DNA of 64,000 bases from the human T2T-CHM13v2.0 reference genome, Homo sapiens (GCF_009914755.1 NC_060928.1); one strand, 5' to 3'. Shown: positions 1-14,246, counted from the stretch's first letter. Notes: generated by a model from the letters alone, not told the origin. A program made the numbers and translations.

Positions 1-1660
1 AAAAATCAATATTGTTAGATTGTCTGTGCTACCCAATGTGATCTACAGATTCAATGCATGTCTGTCAAAATTCCAATGACATTTTTCACAAAAGTAGAAA
101 AAATATATTAAAATTTACATTGAACCCCAAAAATGCTGAATAGCCAAAGAAATCTTAAGAAAAACAAACAAAGCTAGAAGAATCAGAATCATATTACCGT
201 ACCTAAAAGTCTATTACAAAGCTACAGTTGTCAAAACAGTATGACACTGGTACAAAACAGACATATAGATCAATGGAATAGAATAGAGAGCCTAGAAATA
301 ATCCCAATCATACAAAGTCAACTAATTTTCAACAAAGTCACCAAGAAGACACTGTTTTGGGAAAGGATACTCTATTCAATAAATGACACTGGAAAAACTC
401 GATATCCACATGCAAAAGGATAAAATTGAATTTTTTTCTACATCATACCAAAAAATATACTCAAAATGGATTACAGACCTAAATGTAAGACCTGAAAATA
501 TAAAACTCCTGGAAGAAAATACAAGGGAAAATTCACTGACACTGATTTGGCAATGATTTCTTGGGTAGAACACTAAAAGCCCAGGCAAAAAAAGCAAAAA
601 TAAACAAGTGAGACTATATCAAACTAAAGCTTCTGCACAGCAAAGGAAACAATCAACAAAATGGAAAGGCAGCCTACAGATTGAGAGAAAATGTCAGTGA
701 GCCATAAGACTGAGAAGGGGATAACATCCAAAATATATAAAAAACTTACACAACTCAGTGGCAAAAACAAAAACTAAAAAACAAAATCCCATATGACTAG
801 GTTATAAAATGGGCAAAGAACCCGAACAGACATTTCTCAAAAATGACATAAAAATGCCCAACAGGTATATAAAGAGGTGTGTTCAATATCAGTTATCAGA
901 TAAATACAAATTAAAACCATATGAGATATCATCTCACACCTTCTAGGATGGCTTTTATTAAAAAAAAAGAAGGAATCATTTTCGGTAAGAGTATGAAGAA
1001 AAAGAACCCCTTGTATACTGATCGTGGGAATTTAGATTTGTGCAGTCACTGTGGAAAAGAGTCTGGGCGTTCCCAAATAAATTAAAAGTAGAACTACCAG
1101 ATGATCCAGCAATCTTCCTTCTGGATATATACTTAAAGGAAATGAAATCACCACCTTGCAAAGATGTCTGCACTCCCACATTCATTGCAGCATTTTTAAT
1201 GATAGTCCAGATAGGAAAACTACAGAGCCGTTCATTAACAGATGAATGGATAAAATATGGTTATATATATATACACACACACATACACAGACACATGCAC
1301 TAGAATACTATTGAACCTTAAAAAAAGGAGACCATGGCATTCACAACAAAATGAATGAAACTAAAGGGCATTATGCTAAAGGTGAGATGCCAGACACATT
1401 AAGAAAGATACTGCATGATTTTATTTACATGTGGAATCTGAAAAAAAATAGTAAAATTGAACATATAGAAACACAGTAAAATGGTGGTTGCAGGGAGGGG
1501 AAGGGGAATGGAAAGACATAGGTCAAAGGGTTTAAAGATGCAGTTACGTAGGCTAAATAAATTTAGAGGCCTGATTGGCAACATGAGGACTAGAATTAAT
1601 AACACTGTATTGTATACTGGTAATTCGCCAAGAGAGATTTTAGTTACTCTCACTAAAGAA
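1..1660 (+). mobile_element. L1MA-type LINE-1, 3' part of ORF2 plus 3'UTR (degenerate; runs off the window start)
   Basis: ORF2-like fragments ([16 protein letters not shown]; LKVELPDDPAIFLLDIYLKEMKS), followed by an L1MA-like 3'UTR (ggtcaaagggtttaaagatgcagtta...aataacactgtattgtatactg) and an A-rich tail. Confidence 0.9.
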
Positions 1661-1688
1661 AAAAAGAAAGAGAGAGCAAGAGAAAGAG

Positions 1689-1757
1689 AGGAAGGAAGGA
1701 AGGAAGGAAGGAAGGAAGGAAGGAAGGAAGGAAGGAAGGAAGGAAGGAAGGAAGGGA
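1689..1757 (+). repeat. (GGAA)n microsatellite arising from the L1 tail
   Basis: Uninterrupted GGAA run directly after the A/G-rich L1 tail. Confidence 0.97.
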
Positions 1758-3467
1758 AACTATTAAGCTTTTTTATTTTTCATCTTTGGGTGAATAAAAA
1801 TAGAATTTTTGCTTCCCACTTAACCCAATTTTTAAACTATTCCCTAATTAGCTAAGTGCTTTGTTGTTCAACACACAATAAAATGATTGGAATATAGGTC
1901 TTAGACATAAAAAACTCAGAATATTGGCCAAACCATTAAAAAATCAAATCTACCTTTTCGGGGAAATGTTTTCCTAAATAAGAAGACAGTTATAGTATCT
2001 GTACCAGCATATTTAAAAGCAGATAAATATTTTCTTTAAACCCAGAATCATGTCCTACAATGTCTTTCACAATTGCCATATTAACTATTGTTTGGGATAA
2101 TTAGTTGACACATACACAATTCTGAGCAGTGCAATCACAGATGAACAGCTTCAGCAGTATTACAAAGACTTTGAAACATCCATGGAAAAATAATAAAAGA
2201 CTTGAAACTGGAATAGATTCAACAGGCTCTTTGCAGTTAACCTTTAAAAATGACATTTGAAGCTATTGAAAAGAACCAGTACGGTAGTTTAAGAAAAATG
2301 TGTCATTATGAAACGTTATTCTAAAAAATAGTCATGATTGAACTAGTTTTTCTATCTAGAATACGTACACATTCATATCTTGCAGAAGATTGAAGAGTAT
2401 TACTTTTCTGAAAGTGAAAAGTACAAAATAATTTCTCGTTCATTTTAATGAAAAATATAAATGATACAGCAACAGTCACCTCTTTTATTACTATTTCTCT
2501 ATATGAATTTTATTTCATAATTTTTCCTGCGTGCTATATTTGCTTATATGAGGTGCCAAAAGTTTACATAATCAAGAATGCTAAAAGGTAACAACATCAG
2601 ATTGACCTGCTATTTTAATTGGTTTTGATGAATTAGAACTGTTTTTCCTGTTATTTTGAAATTATCTAATTTTTTAAGAAACAAGAACTTACAAAATAAC
2701 AGAAGATAATTTTGTACCAAAAAAATAAAAATAGAGTTTATATGCAAGGTATAGGAATGACAGGTATTTTTGACAAAAATATTTGTTTAAAACTTTATAA
2801 ATTCTCAGTCATCTTTGCCTTGGAAATAATTTGCCTTGCAGTACTGAAGAGATCTAAGAGAAAACCAGAATCTAAAGAATAAGAACAGAAAAACTATATA
2901 TATGTATATATATTCAATAATATGTATATTCAAGAATACATATATATTCTTGAAACCTCTTTGCTAAATATTTTGTATTAAAGAAAACATGTAATATTCT
3001 TTTACGTACTTGTATAATCTCCTATTATCTACATGAAAAACAAGAAACTTTGAGAGGGTGATTATCTATGCCATAGCCTTGCTGTCATTGTTTGATTCTG
3101 CCTACATTCTCCTGTACCCGCAGGTATAGCCTTAGCATTGAAACACTGATGCTGTATGAAAAGTGAAAGAACACAGAAAGGTTTCCTAGCAACTCCTGGG
3201 AGTCTTCTAAACTAAGTCAGTTAAAACCATATAGTACGTGCAATAGGTGTAAAGTAGAGTGCAAAGCTCAATTGTAATAGGAGCCAAATTGCTCAAGAAA
3301 GAAATCTCATCAGAACCTTGGTGGTTTAACCATTATTTAAATAATCCTGCTGGAATTCCACTGAAAATGTAGAAGTCCAAGTACCAGAACCAAAGTGGCA
3401 GAGTGCAACATGAGAGTTAATAAACGAGTGTGGGCTTTGAGAAGTGTTTTATGTTGGCCCACTCCTA

Positions 3468-3523
3468 CACACACACAGACACAGACACAGACACACACAC
3501 ACACACACGCACACACACACACA
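3468..3523 (+). repeat. (CA)n/(CAGACA)n microsatellite
   Basis: Seen directly. Confidence 0.95.
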
Positions 3524-3734
3524 CTTATTGTCCTCACTGGAAAAAGTGAAAAATTACTAGTGGGATACATTCTTATTGATATTTGATTAATAAGTTTCCT
3601 TTTTTCACAATATACAAATTCCTTTATGAACACAAAATACGGTTAAAAGATATTTTCATTGAAATATTAAATTATTAAATATTAAATCACTGGGGGAACT
3701 CCTCATTCCCTTAAGCTCCTTATAGTACAATAAT

Positions 3735-3925
3735 GAGTAACATTTGTATGGCACGTAGCATTTGATAAAGTACTTTGCTTCTGCTTTCATTTTATATTTA
3801 CAAAAACTCTCTGAGGTAGTGATTATCAACCCCATTTAACAGATGTGAGAACTGATTTTAAGGGAAAGGTTAAATGGTTCATTAAATGCTACTTTGCAAA
3901 TAAGTGGTTGAACCAAAATTCCAGA
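3735..3925 (-). mobile_element. MIR SINE fragment
   Basis: Core-like ccccatttaacagatgtgagaactga...aaggttaaatg. Confidence 0.65.
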
Positions 3926-4353
3926 TAAAAGGTTGTAACTGCAAAGAATTTTCCTCTTGTCTTCGCATCAATGTCTCACCAATTGTGACAGAAACATTTT
4001 AAATGAGTCTTTTAAAAAGATGTACTTGTCTTTTTGACTTATGATCCATGAATGATTAAAAGTTGAAAGAGGAATAATTCCTATTAAGTGAAGACTGCCT
4101 TAATAAAACTTTGAAAAATTTTGTTCTCAAGACGCTAAAGATTCTTAGCAGTAATTATAAGTAAATATCATTTTGTGTTTTTCTTATTCTATTCTCACCT
4201 ACTTAAAAAGAGAGAGAGAGAAATTTTAAGGACTCACAAAAAGCAATAAGCCAGGGCAGAAATAGCAGCAAACATTTAGATTAAGGATAGTTGGTTCAAT
4301 CTAGTAGAGTGATAGCTTAATTCTTCTAGCAACTAGGAAAAAAATCCATTTCA

Positions 4354-4490
4354 TGATGGGTGTGTTGGCACATGCCTATAATCCCAGCTTCTCAGGAGGC
4401 TGATGCAAAAGGTCCACTTGAGCCCAAGAGCTCTAGACGGACCTGGGCAACATAGTTAGACCCTGTCTCTATAAAACAAGAAAACAAAAA
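4354..4490 (+). mobile_element. FLAM (free left Alu monomer) with 14-bp TSD
   Basis: Single Alu monomer plus A-tail; AAAAATCCATTTCA at 4340-4353 and 4486-4499. Confidence 0.9.
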
Positions 4491-5236
4491 TCCATTTCAC
4501 AAACATCTAACTACTAGGTTCTATTGCAAACAATGCTTTTACTTTCTAATACAGAAAGCATATTACTAATCAGAAGAATTCCACACTTTATGTGAAATCG
4601 GAACTTTTTTTAGCTTCACTAAAATTTTCCTCCTTGATAAATAGCAGGAAATAATTCAACTCCTCTAATTTGTCTTTGGAAGTTGAAAAGGGAAATTTGG
4701 AAATTCTTCTATAAGCAACCAAATTCTATTCAAAGATATTATAATTAGTATGACTGCTAACAAAGGGTATTATATTGGAGGAAAATAGTTAATTCTTATC
4801 AATAACTATTATATTTATTAAATACTTATCCAGATTTCTAAATGTTTACTTGTGTAAAAAGTTATTTGCCTGCAGAAATGAGAATTAAAAATGCCCACAA
4901 TAGAATCAAAATGAAATAAACATTTAAAATAGTTAATTCTTCCATTTTTATGAATGTCTTGCACCTTACTGTCAAGAATGTTAATGCTGATTAAAGGTGT
5001 GTGAGAGAAGATACGAGGCCAAAGTGATGAGGAGTAGCAGTGAGTAGAGTAATTCATGACTAGATCATTCTTGCTTTTAATTTTGGTTTGAACAATAAAT
5101 GTTACAGTGAAGATGACAAAATTTCCCATTGGATTGATTGATAGATTAGTTTTTTAATTTATCATTTACTTATCTATTCATTTATTTTAAAATCAGGAAA
5201 AACTTAAGTTTTATAGGTCATATTTACTCTGAAGTA

Positions 5237-5849
5237 TGTCAAATAAAGAGCAAATCAGGATTTAGATAAGAAGAGACTTTAGGTGAATAGATTATTGTAA
5301 CACAATATCACAACAGGAAGAATATACCAATTACCCATGATATAAGCAAGTGTATCAAAAGTTAGGTACAAAAGTGCTTTTCTTTTATAAAGAGAATAAA
5401 AAAATTCAGAAAAAACATGTTGTGGGAAAGAGATGAAAAGGATCACAGTTTGAAGGTGTCAGTGATAGAGTAGTGTATCAGAGAAGGAGGCTAGCTAATT
5501 CTTGGAGGGTCTGTTAAGGAGGGGTTTGTATACAGCCTCAAGCTTGTGGTCAAAGTTCAGGGGCCTGTGGGAAGCAGAGAAACTTAATTAAAGTTTGATT
5601 CAGAAGCATTCTGTTCCCATTGATTAGTCGGGAAAAAAACAGCTGAGTTAATCACTTATTAGGTATTTAAAGGGTCTGTGCCTGGTCTTTTCGTAAGTAA
5701 ACAAGGGAGCATTCTTGAATCCTTATCTAAGTCACAGGGGGAAAGCTGTTTCTTTGCAATAAGTAGCTTCCTGGAACACAGAAAGATGAGACAGTTTCTT
5801 TAACTATCACTCCTTTATGGGATCACAGGGATAAAATTAAACATTGCCA
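5237..5849 (-). mobile_element. ERV1-class solo LTR (MER31/MER67-like)
   Basis: TG...CA ends (tgtcaaataaagagcaaatcaggatttag ... ataaaattaaacattgcca); internal motifs resemble the remembered MER31/MER67 consensus; flanks agta/agtg. Confidence 0.65.
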
Positions 5850-6899
5850 AGTGCTTTTTCTGAATTAGCTAATATTTGATTTTTTTTTTTTTTTACCATC
5901 ACGCTCATTTGTCCTCTGTAATTTAAATATTATGAATACTCGGCTTTGAAAAGCTCTGTTTTATTTTCTTAAGGCTTTAAAGAAGTACTTTCCTAGGTAC
6001 TCTGTCCTTGACTCTTGGCTTACAGGAGCTTTTATATCATTTTTGAAGAGGGCAGGGAAGCAAATGAGGCTTTGAAAATGCTCCAGTGCAGTTCAGTAAC
6101 TGTTTTCAGGCTCACTTGTGATCTTATGGATGTTGCATGTGCATCGTCCTAAATATTCACTAAATGTGGCACATTCACAATGTTTAAATCCATAATAACT
6201 CATTAAGGGTATTATTTGCTTCTGAACAATAAAGCATTCCTTGTTAATGCCTGTGACTTATTGATTGTTGGTAATGTGAAGAAACAAAAGTTTGCTAAAA
6301 GCAAAACACCTGCTTTCTGGTAAAAAAAAAAATACAAGTAAACATTATAAAATCTACATTTTATGACAATTTCCTACTTTTCTTTAATAACTTATGTGTA
6401 AGATTGGTAATCTATAACCTTGTATGAAGTGAAATTAAGCACACTATATATATTATGTACCTTATTTAAACTTTGCAAAGATTGAATTCAGTTTATTTCC
6501 TCTTATGTCTGTCCTTGTAAATGATAGATTAGGCATCAATTTGATGGGTAGAATGGCAAATGTGCTTGATAAGATATGCTAAATAAAATAAAATACCATG
6601 TAAACTGTGGAATTTTAAAAATTAAGATAAGGATAATGTTTTGGTATGGAAAACCCTTTCCTTAGGAGTTTCTACACCTTTACATTTATTTATTAGCACC
6701 TCTGATTTCAGCTCCTTTTCCTTTCTCAGATGAGTTAAAAGTAATTTGCCCCATTTACATTCTTTGCATTCGCTCACCACCTACAGAAGACTAAAACGTC
6801 TCTTGTTTGTAATTTTTTTCTGCCCACTAAGTAGACCAAAGAGACATAGAGGACCCAAATTAAAAACAGTCATATATCGTAAGTCTAATCTATTCATTT

Positions 6900-7150
6900 C
6901 TTTCTAGGGCAAAAGCCTAAATCATAACATACTTCGTGAGGACTAGTGTATGTAAATAACTTAGCAGAGCTTTGCACACATAGTAAGAGATCAATAAATG
7001 ATAGATGTTATTCATATCACCACAAACCCTCGAAATAATATTATCTGAATTTTACGTAGGGAGAAACTGAAGCATATATGTCTGAGGTTCCACTTGTAGT
7101 AAATGACAAAAACAAGATCTGCATCTGTGCCTGTCTGTTCTCACAGACTT
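6900..7150. mobile_element. MIR fragments (two, opposite orientation)
   Basis: ttagcagagctttgcacacatagtaag...aataaatg and ttttacgtagggagaaactgaagc. Confidence 0.5.
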
Positions 7151-8987
7151 AACATCATAACTACTATAAAATACTGTGAAAAACATTTGACCAGATGGTT
7201 CTTCCAAGCCAGAGGGATAAGCGGCCAAAATATGCCTGCTTCAGGTAAACATCTGTTTAGTTGAGTTTATGTCATTGTTTAGTAATGATGCATATAATTC
7301 ACATAGTGTGAATTTAATTGGCCAAAATAAGTTCTTTGTTTAAAAACATTCCAATTAAGGAAGCCTATGTAGAATAAAAGTACTGGCACCTATGAATAAT
7401 ATATTAATTTCATTCGTTTTCCATTGCTTTTCCAACCTGAGAGTATGTTACAAAAAAGGAATCACAACAAGTAAACGATAGAAAAAACTATCTTTATGAG
7501 AGCTATCTTCGTTGTTCCATAAAAGATTGAAAACATTAAATATCTTCTATAATTCAAAATCAAACAGTGCCTCCAAAAAAATCCTGGACTTTCATTGTTT
7601 TCTAAACTGTCTCAATTTATTTTCCTGAATTTTCTTTCAAGCACTGTCAAAAACCACATTTCACACTAGCTAATGAGGTCTTCACAAGTTGCACCATGTA
7701 AACAGACACCAGTCATGCTCACCCATCATTGTACCTTTCTGCAATGTTTTTTTCAGATTAACCCCTGTACTCTTTTGTAGATATTTTGAAAAGTTGATAT
7801 TATTATCCCCACCCTATGACCCAAGGTATTAAAAAATGTTATAAATTGTGATGGTCATAAGAGTATTTGCTTAATGGTAATATGTAAACTACATTTGTCT
7901 TCATATTTTTCTATTTGTGTTGCATTTATCAATAAAATGTTATTTTCAACTATCAAAAAAGATATCATAAATAATGATGTCAATGAATTTAAAATTTCAG
8001 ATGAAATGAATAATCTCCTTGAAAATACAGTTTACTGAAATTGATCCAGAAATAAAACACTATTTTCAAAAACAGAATCTTTAAAAAATTTCTCAGTGAA
8101 ATCAAACAAAAACAAACAAATACTTCACGATGAGGTTTATTCACCATTCAACTTAAAGAAATCATACCAATTTTCACAAACCTTGCCAGATAATTAAAAA
8201 GGAGGAAACATTTTTTCATTTATTTTATCAAGCTAGAACAGCCTTGATACTAAGCTGTTAAACAAAATGCAAATTGATCTTATTCATATACATATTTAAA
8301 ATATCCTTTAACAGAATATTAGCAGAACAAATACAACTGTATATAGAAAGAATAATAAAGAGAAAAATATATTACAACTAATTCAAGTTACTCCAGGAAT
8401 ATGAAGTTGATTTAACATTTAAATTAAATCAACGTAATTAAACATATGAATGTAATACAGATACAAAATATTTGATTAATTAAAAAGGAGCAAATATTTT
8501 AATGAAATTTTAAACAAAAATTTTTGATAACTAGCTTGAACAAACCAAAAATAATGAAGACTGTATAAAATCTGATAAGGGTAACTACATATAAATTATA
8601 GAAAATATTACACTTAATGATAAAAAGTTACAAGAGTCACACTCAATATCAACAATAAAAGATCTCCTATCACAGCTTATTTTCTTGACCTGTGCTGGAG
8701 TTCCTAGACAATACAATAAAAAAAGATTTAAGGTTGTGTTAGAATTGTAAAGAAAGAAACTATTGTTATTTGCAGATATATAATTATATACAAAAAATAC
8801 AAAACAATTTTCAAATAAATCATTTATTTACCAAGCCAATTTAGCAGGCATTGCATACAAGACAGTAATCAAATGTTGTATTTTATATGTAATATGAGCA
8901 GTATCAAAATACAAAATATACAGGGAGCCACAAAAATAGATCTTATGACTCTATTAATAAGTTATTTTTTAAAAAAATACATTTTTA

Positions 8988-9302
<315 letters not shown>

Positions 9303-9855
9303 TTACTATAATGCTATAGTAATCAAGACATGGTGGTTTTAATGCAAAGGTAGTCAAATAGCAGAGCGGAATAGACTAAAGAGGCAGAAACCCACACATC
9401 TACTGGAAATTTGTATAGTTAATTTATGACAAGTGGCACTACAAGAGTGGGTAAAGGACAGTGTTTTCAGTCAACTGTGCTGAGTTGACTGTTCTATTCA
9501 ATATCTACAGTTAAAAATATGAAACTTGACCTATACCTCATACCCTAAACAAAAATCAATCCCATGTGGATCGTAGATATCAATGGCAAATGGCAAAGAT
9601 AAACTGTCAAATATTAAAGGCAAAATAATAAAGATGATATTATAAGAGAAAATCTTCATGTCCTTAAAGTGTTCTTAAATAGGATAAAAATAAACCGACA
9701 TTTAAATTACAACGTTAAAATTAAGAAATTCTGAGCATCAAATTATGGGTTAAGAGTACTGAAAGGCCAGCCACAAAGTGAAATATATTGGCAACATAAA
9801 TGAACAACAAGGGATCATTTTCTTCTGGGTTTAAATATATTCAAAATAAATAATA

Positions 9856-10163
9856 AGACTGGGTGCAGTGGCTCACGCCTGTAATCCTAATACTTTGGGA
9901 GGCTGAGGCAGGAGGATGACTTGAACTCAAGAGTTCAAGACCAGCCTGGGCAACATAGTGAAACCCCATCTCTACAAAAAATTCAATAAATTAGCCAGGT
10001 GTGGAGGCTCAGACCTGTAGTACTAGCTACTCGGGAGGCTGAGGTCCAGGGATCCCTTGAACTTGGGAAGTCAAGGCTGCAGCAAGCGCTGATTGTGCCA
10101 CTGCACTCTAGCCTGAGCAACAGAGTGAGATTCTGTCTGAGATAAGTAAATAATAAACAATAA
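9856..10163 (+). mobile_element. AluJ
   Basis: Dimeric Alu with J diagnostics (ggaggatgacttgaactcaagagttc, ctgggcaacatagtg, gtcaaggctgcag). Confidence 0.92.
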
Positions 10164-11269
10164 ATTTTTGCAAATTCAAAAAGCAGTCAGATAAACCAAT
10201 AGAAAATTAGATTCACTGGGCACTTCATGAAGCATGTTGACTAAAGGACCAATAAACATGCAAAATGATCTCAAGCTTACTACTAACATGGGAAATAAAA
10301 ATAAAAATTTAAATACGGACACTATTTCCATGACCAGCAAAATGAATAAAGTGAAAAGACTGATAACAACCTGATGTTGGTAAGCATGTGAAGCAAGGAA
10401 AATTATCAATGTAATACTGTCACTGTCTATACTATTGCAAATACTGCTAAAAACCAGAATTGTGTATTAACTTTGATATGTGTAACCTATAATCAAATCA
10501 TTCTACTCTTAGTCACATACCCAACAGACAAACATACACATATGTACCAAGGGTCACACACAGGTATGTTCATAATCCCATTTTACATAATAGCTAAACT
10601 CTAGAAATGCCTAAATTTCAGAATTGTCAAACAGATCAATAAGTTGTACATACTATGCAGTGATAAAATTGAAAAGTAAATTACATAGGGCAATTCTTTA
10701 AATAATGTTCTACAACAAGGTTGACACATAAGGATATCTAGTATTTTATTTGATTCTATCTAAATAAACTTTTAAAATACAGAATATAACTTAAAGTATT
10801 AGAAGCATAATGGTATCGACATGTGTTGCAGAGGTAGAGAAGCATATTTAGGAGAGGCACAGGGAGGGATCTGACATGCAAAGTTTTATCCTTGACATGG
10901 TGGTGGTCCATGTTGGTTCATTTTGTCACAATTCAGCCAGCTATATATTTATGCTGTCTGCTCTTTTACTCTATGAATTATGCTTCATAATAGTTTTTAA
11001 AATCATGTGCCATGTAAATATCAAAAGTTGCTAAAAAATTAAAAGGCAGTTAAATAGATCCTGCCTACTATGTGTTATGATTATTTTGTTCTTGTGCCAC
11101 AGATGAGAATGCAGAATCTGGTGAAGAGAGGTAACAGGAAACGCCATTATGCTTGCTGTATTTTTCACTTGTTTGTCTGGTTGGTAAGTTTTTTTGGTTT
11201 CTACTTTTGTTAAGGGAGGATAATAATCCTTGACTTTTCTAGTTCTGCCTAGATTTATTCAGCTCTTGG

Positions 11270-11470
11270 ATTCTAGCATTAGGCTACCTGAATTGGAATG
11301 CTGGAATTGCCTCCAACTAATTTTGTGACCTACTTCAAGAAACTTATAATCTCTATGGACTTTATTTTACTATAAGAAATGTAAATAATAATGGTTGCTG
11401 TTGGTTGTGGAGATCAAATGTTGTATACATGCACATTTTGCATAACTCTTGGTTCATAGGAAGTTTTTTA
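11270..11470 (+). mobile_element. MIR fragment
   Basis: Degenerate MIR core (tgtgacct...aacttataatctctatggacttta...gtaaaataataat). Confidence 0.5.
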
Positions 11471-12161
11471 AAAATCTGTTTTTATTATATGTTACGTTTT
11501 CTACTATTTAAATTTCAGGCACTTCAGTGGACTTCAATTCATCAACTCTTCTACAAGAGCACGCTTACTTTCTGACACTGACCTCAATCTTCTTTTCCTT
11601 TGTTAGAGAATAATTAAAGCCTCATATGTAGAAGCAGGGCTGTAAAGTCACACTGCTAAGAGTACCAATCTTGTGACTGCAGCTGAAAGTCCTATGACTC
11701 TGTGGAAATAATTAACTTGCACTCTCTTAATTTTGCCTTGTCAAACTTTTCATTCACTAAGGTTTTAAAATATTAACTAATCTGTTTATTTGGAACATGC
11801 AAAATATCATGGAACAAAACAAAATATCAGAATCAAAAAGACAATATGGAATATTACCTTATGGAAGAAAGTAATTAGTAATATGAATTTGTTTTTACTC
11901 ATTCAATAATATTCAAATTTCTTCATTTGAAGTAAGAAAAAAAATAGCCAAACTGAAGTAATTCAGGTTATTTAAATTTGTTTTAGCCTCTTTTAGTTTG
12001 CTAGGCCTGCTGTTACAAAGTACTACAATATGGGTGGTTTAAACAACAGAAATTTATTATCTCACAGTTTTCAAGGCCGAGAAGTCCATTATAAAGGTCT
12101 TGTTAGGGTTGGTTTCTTCTGAAAACTATGAGAGAGACTCTGATACATGCTTTTTCCCTGG

Positions 12162-14246
12162 TGTCTTAGTCCATCGTTTCTGCTAAAATCTGTGAGACAT
12201 AAACAATAGAAATTTATTTATCACAGTTATTAAATAAATTTCTTAAGTAAAGAAATATATTTCTTTCCCAATTCTCACAGAACCAGGAAGTTCCAGATCA
12301 AGGCTCCAGAATATTCAGTGTCTGGTGAGGGTCTGGTCTCTGCTTCCAAGTTGGCACCCTTAGAATTATTTTTTTGTTTCAACTTTTATTTTTAGAAACA
12401 GGGAGTATGTGTACAGGTTTATTAAAGGGGATATTGCATGATGCTGTGTTTTGGGGTACGATTAATCTTATTACCCAAGTAGTGAGCCTAGTGCCCAATA
12501 GTTTGTTTTTCAGCCCTTGCTCCCTCTCTCTCTACTCTAGTAGTCCCCAGTTTCTATTGTTCCCATCTTTATGTCCATGTGTACAGAACGTTTAGTTCCC
12601 ACTTATACACAAGAAGATGCAATATTTGGTTCTCTGTTTCTGTGTTAATTCACTCAGGAGAACAGCCTCCAGCTTCATCCATGTTGCTGCTAAGGACATA
12701 ATTTTATTCATTTTATGGCTATGTACTATTCCATAGTATATATGTACCACATTTTCTTTTTCCAACACACCATTGATGGGCACCTAGGGTCATTTCTTGT
12801 CTTTGCTCTTGTGAGTAGTGATGCAATGAACATACAAATGTATGTGTCTTTTTGGTAGAATGATTTATTTTCCTTTGGGTATATACCCAGTAATGGGATT
12901 ACTGGATAGAAAGATACTTCTATTTTTAGTTGTTTGAGCAATCTCTAAACTCTTTCCACAGTGGCTAAACTAATTTACATTCTAACCAATAGTATTTAAA
13001 TGATCTTTTCTCCACAGCCTTGCCAGCATATGTGGTTTTTTGACCTTTCGATAATAGCTGTTCTCAGTGGTGTGAAATGGTATCTCATCGTAGTTTTAAT
13101 TTGCACGTATTTAATGATTAGTGATGTGAAGCATTCCTTCCTATGTTTGTTGACAATTTGTACGTCTTCTTTTGAGAAGTGTCTTTTCATGTCTTTACCT
13201 GCTTTTTAATGGGGTCGCTTGTTTTTTGCTTGTTAAATTATTTGAGTTCTCTATAGATTCTGGATATTAAATGTTTGTCAAATGCATAGTTGCAAATACT
13301 TTATCCCATTCTGTAGGTTGTCTGTTTACTGTGTTAATAGTTTATTTTACCGTATAAAAGTCCTTTCATTTAATTTGATCCCACTTGTCAATTGTTTTTG
13401 TTGCAGTTCCTTTTGAGGACTTATTCATAAATTCTTTCCCAAACTCAACGTCCAGAATAGTGTTTCCTAGGTTTTATTTTAGGATTCTTATGGTTTAAGG
13501 CCTTATATTTAAATTATTGATTCATCTTGTGTTAATTTCTGTGTAAGGTGAAAGGTACGGGTCCAGTTTCATTCTGTAACGGCTAGCCAGCTATTTCAGC
13601 ATCATTTATTGAATAGGGAGTTCTTTCCCCATTGCTTATTTTTGTCAACTTTGTTGAAGGTCAGATGGCTACAGGTGTGTGGCATTATTTCTGGGCTCTC
13701 TATTCCATCCTGTTGGTCTAGAGGTCTGTTTTTCTACTGGTACCATACTGTTTTGGTTACTGTAGTCTTACAGTATACTTCGAAGTCAGATGATGTGAGG
13801 CCACCAATTTTGTTCTTTTTTTTAGGATTACTTTGGCTATTTGGGCTCTTTTTTGGTTTCATATGAAATTTAGAATAGATTTTCTAATTCTATGAGAAAG
13901 TGCTAGCCAGAACAATCAGGCAAGAGAAAGAAATAAAAGTCATCCAAATAGAGACAGAAGAAATAAAATTATCCCTCTTCACTGACAGTATGATTCTCTT
14001 CCTAGAACACCCTAAAAACTCCAACAAAAGGCCCCTAGCAACTTCTAGGGAAAACATATGGTGTATCATCACATGACAGAAGGGACAGACAAGTAAAAGG
14101 GTCTAGCTAGTTTCCTCCAGTCCTTTTATAAGGTTGAGGAGCCCTCATAACTTAACCACCTACTGAAGTTCCTACCCTTAAAAACTATGACACTGGCAAT
14201 TAAGTTTCAGCATATGAATTTCGGGGGACACATTCAAACCATTGCG
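12162..14246 (-). mobile_element. MST(C/D-like) MaLR LTR nested in MLT1, itself split by an L1
   Basis: tgtcttagtcca...tctggtgagggtctggtctctgcttccaag; resumes at about 14040 with tcacatgacagaagggac...gggggacacattcaaaccattgc. Confidence 0.82.
12366..14038 (-). mobile_element. 5'-truncated L1PA16-like element with 5' inversion (inverted segment about 13898-14038)
   Basis: Poly(T), 3'UTR and ORF2 C-terminus on the minus strand up to about 13898, then a plus-strand RT segment gtgctagccagaacaatcaggcaagagaaagaaataaaag ([13 protein letters not shown]). Confidence 0.9.

Noticed and set aside
1481-1855. 124-aa ORF with RKEG repeats
   Set aside because: It is a translation of the L1 3'UTR plus the GGAA microsatellite.
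2101-2193. Protein-looking frame LVDTYTILSSAITDEQLQQYYKDFETSMEK*
   Set aside because: It is short, has no convincing splice sites and matches nothing I recognise; this is expected by chance.
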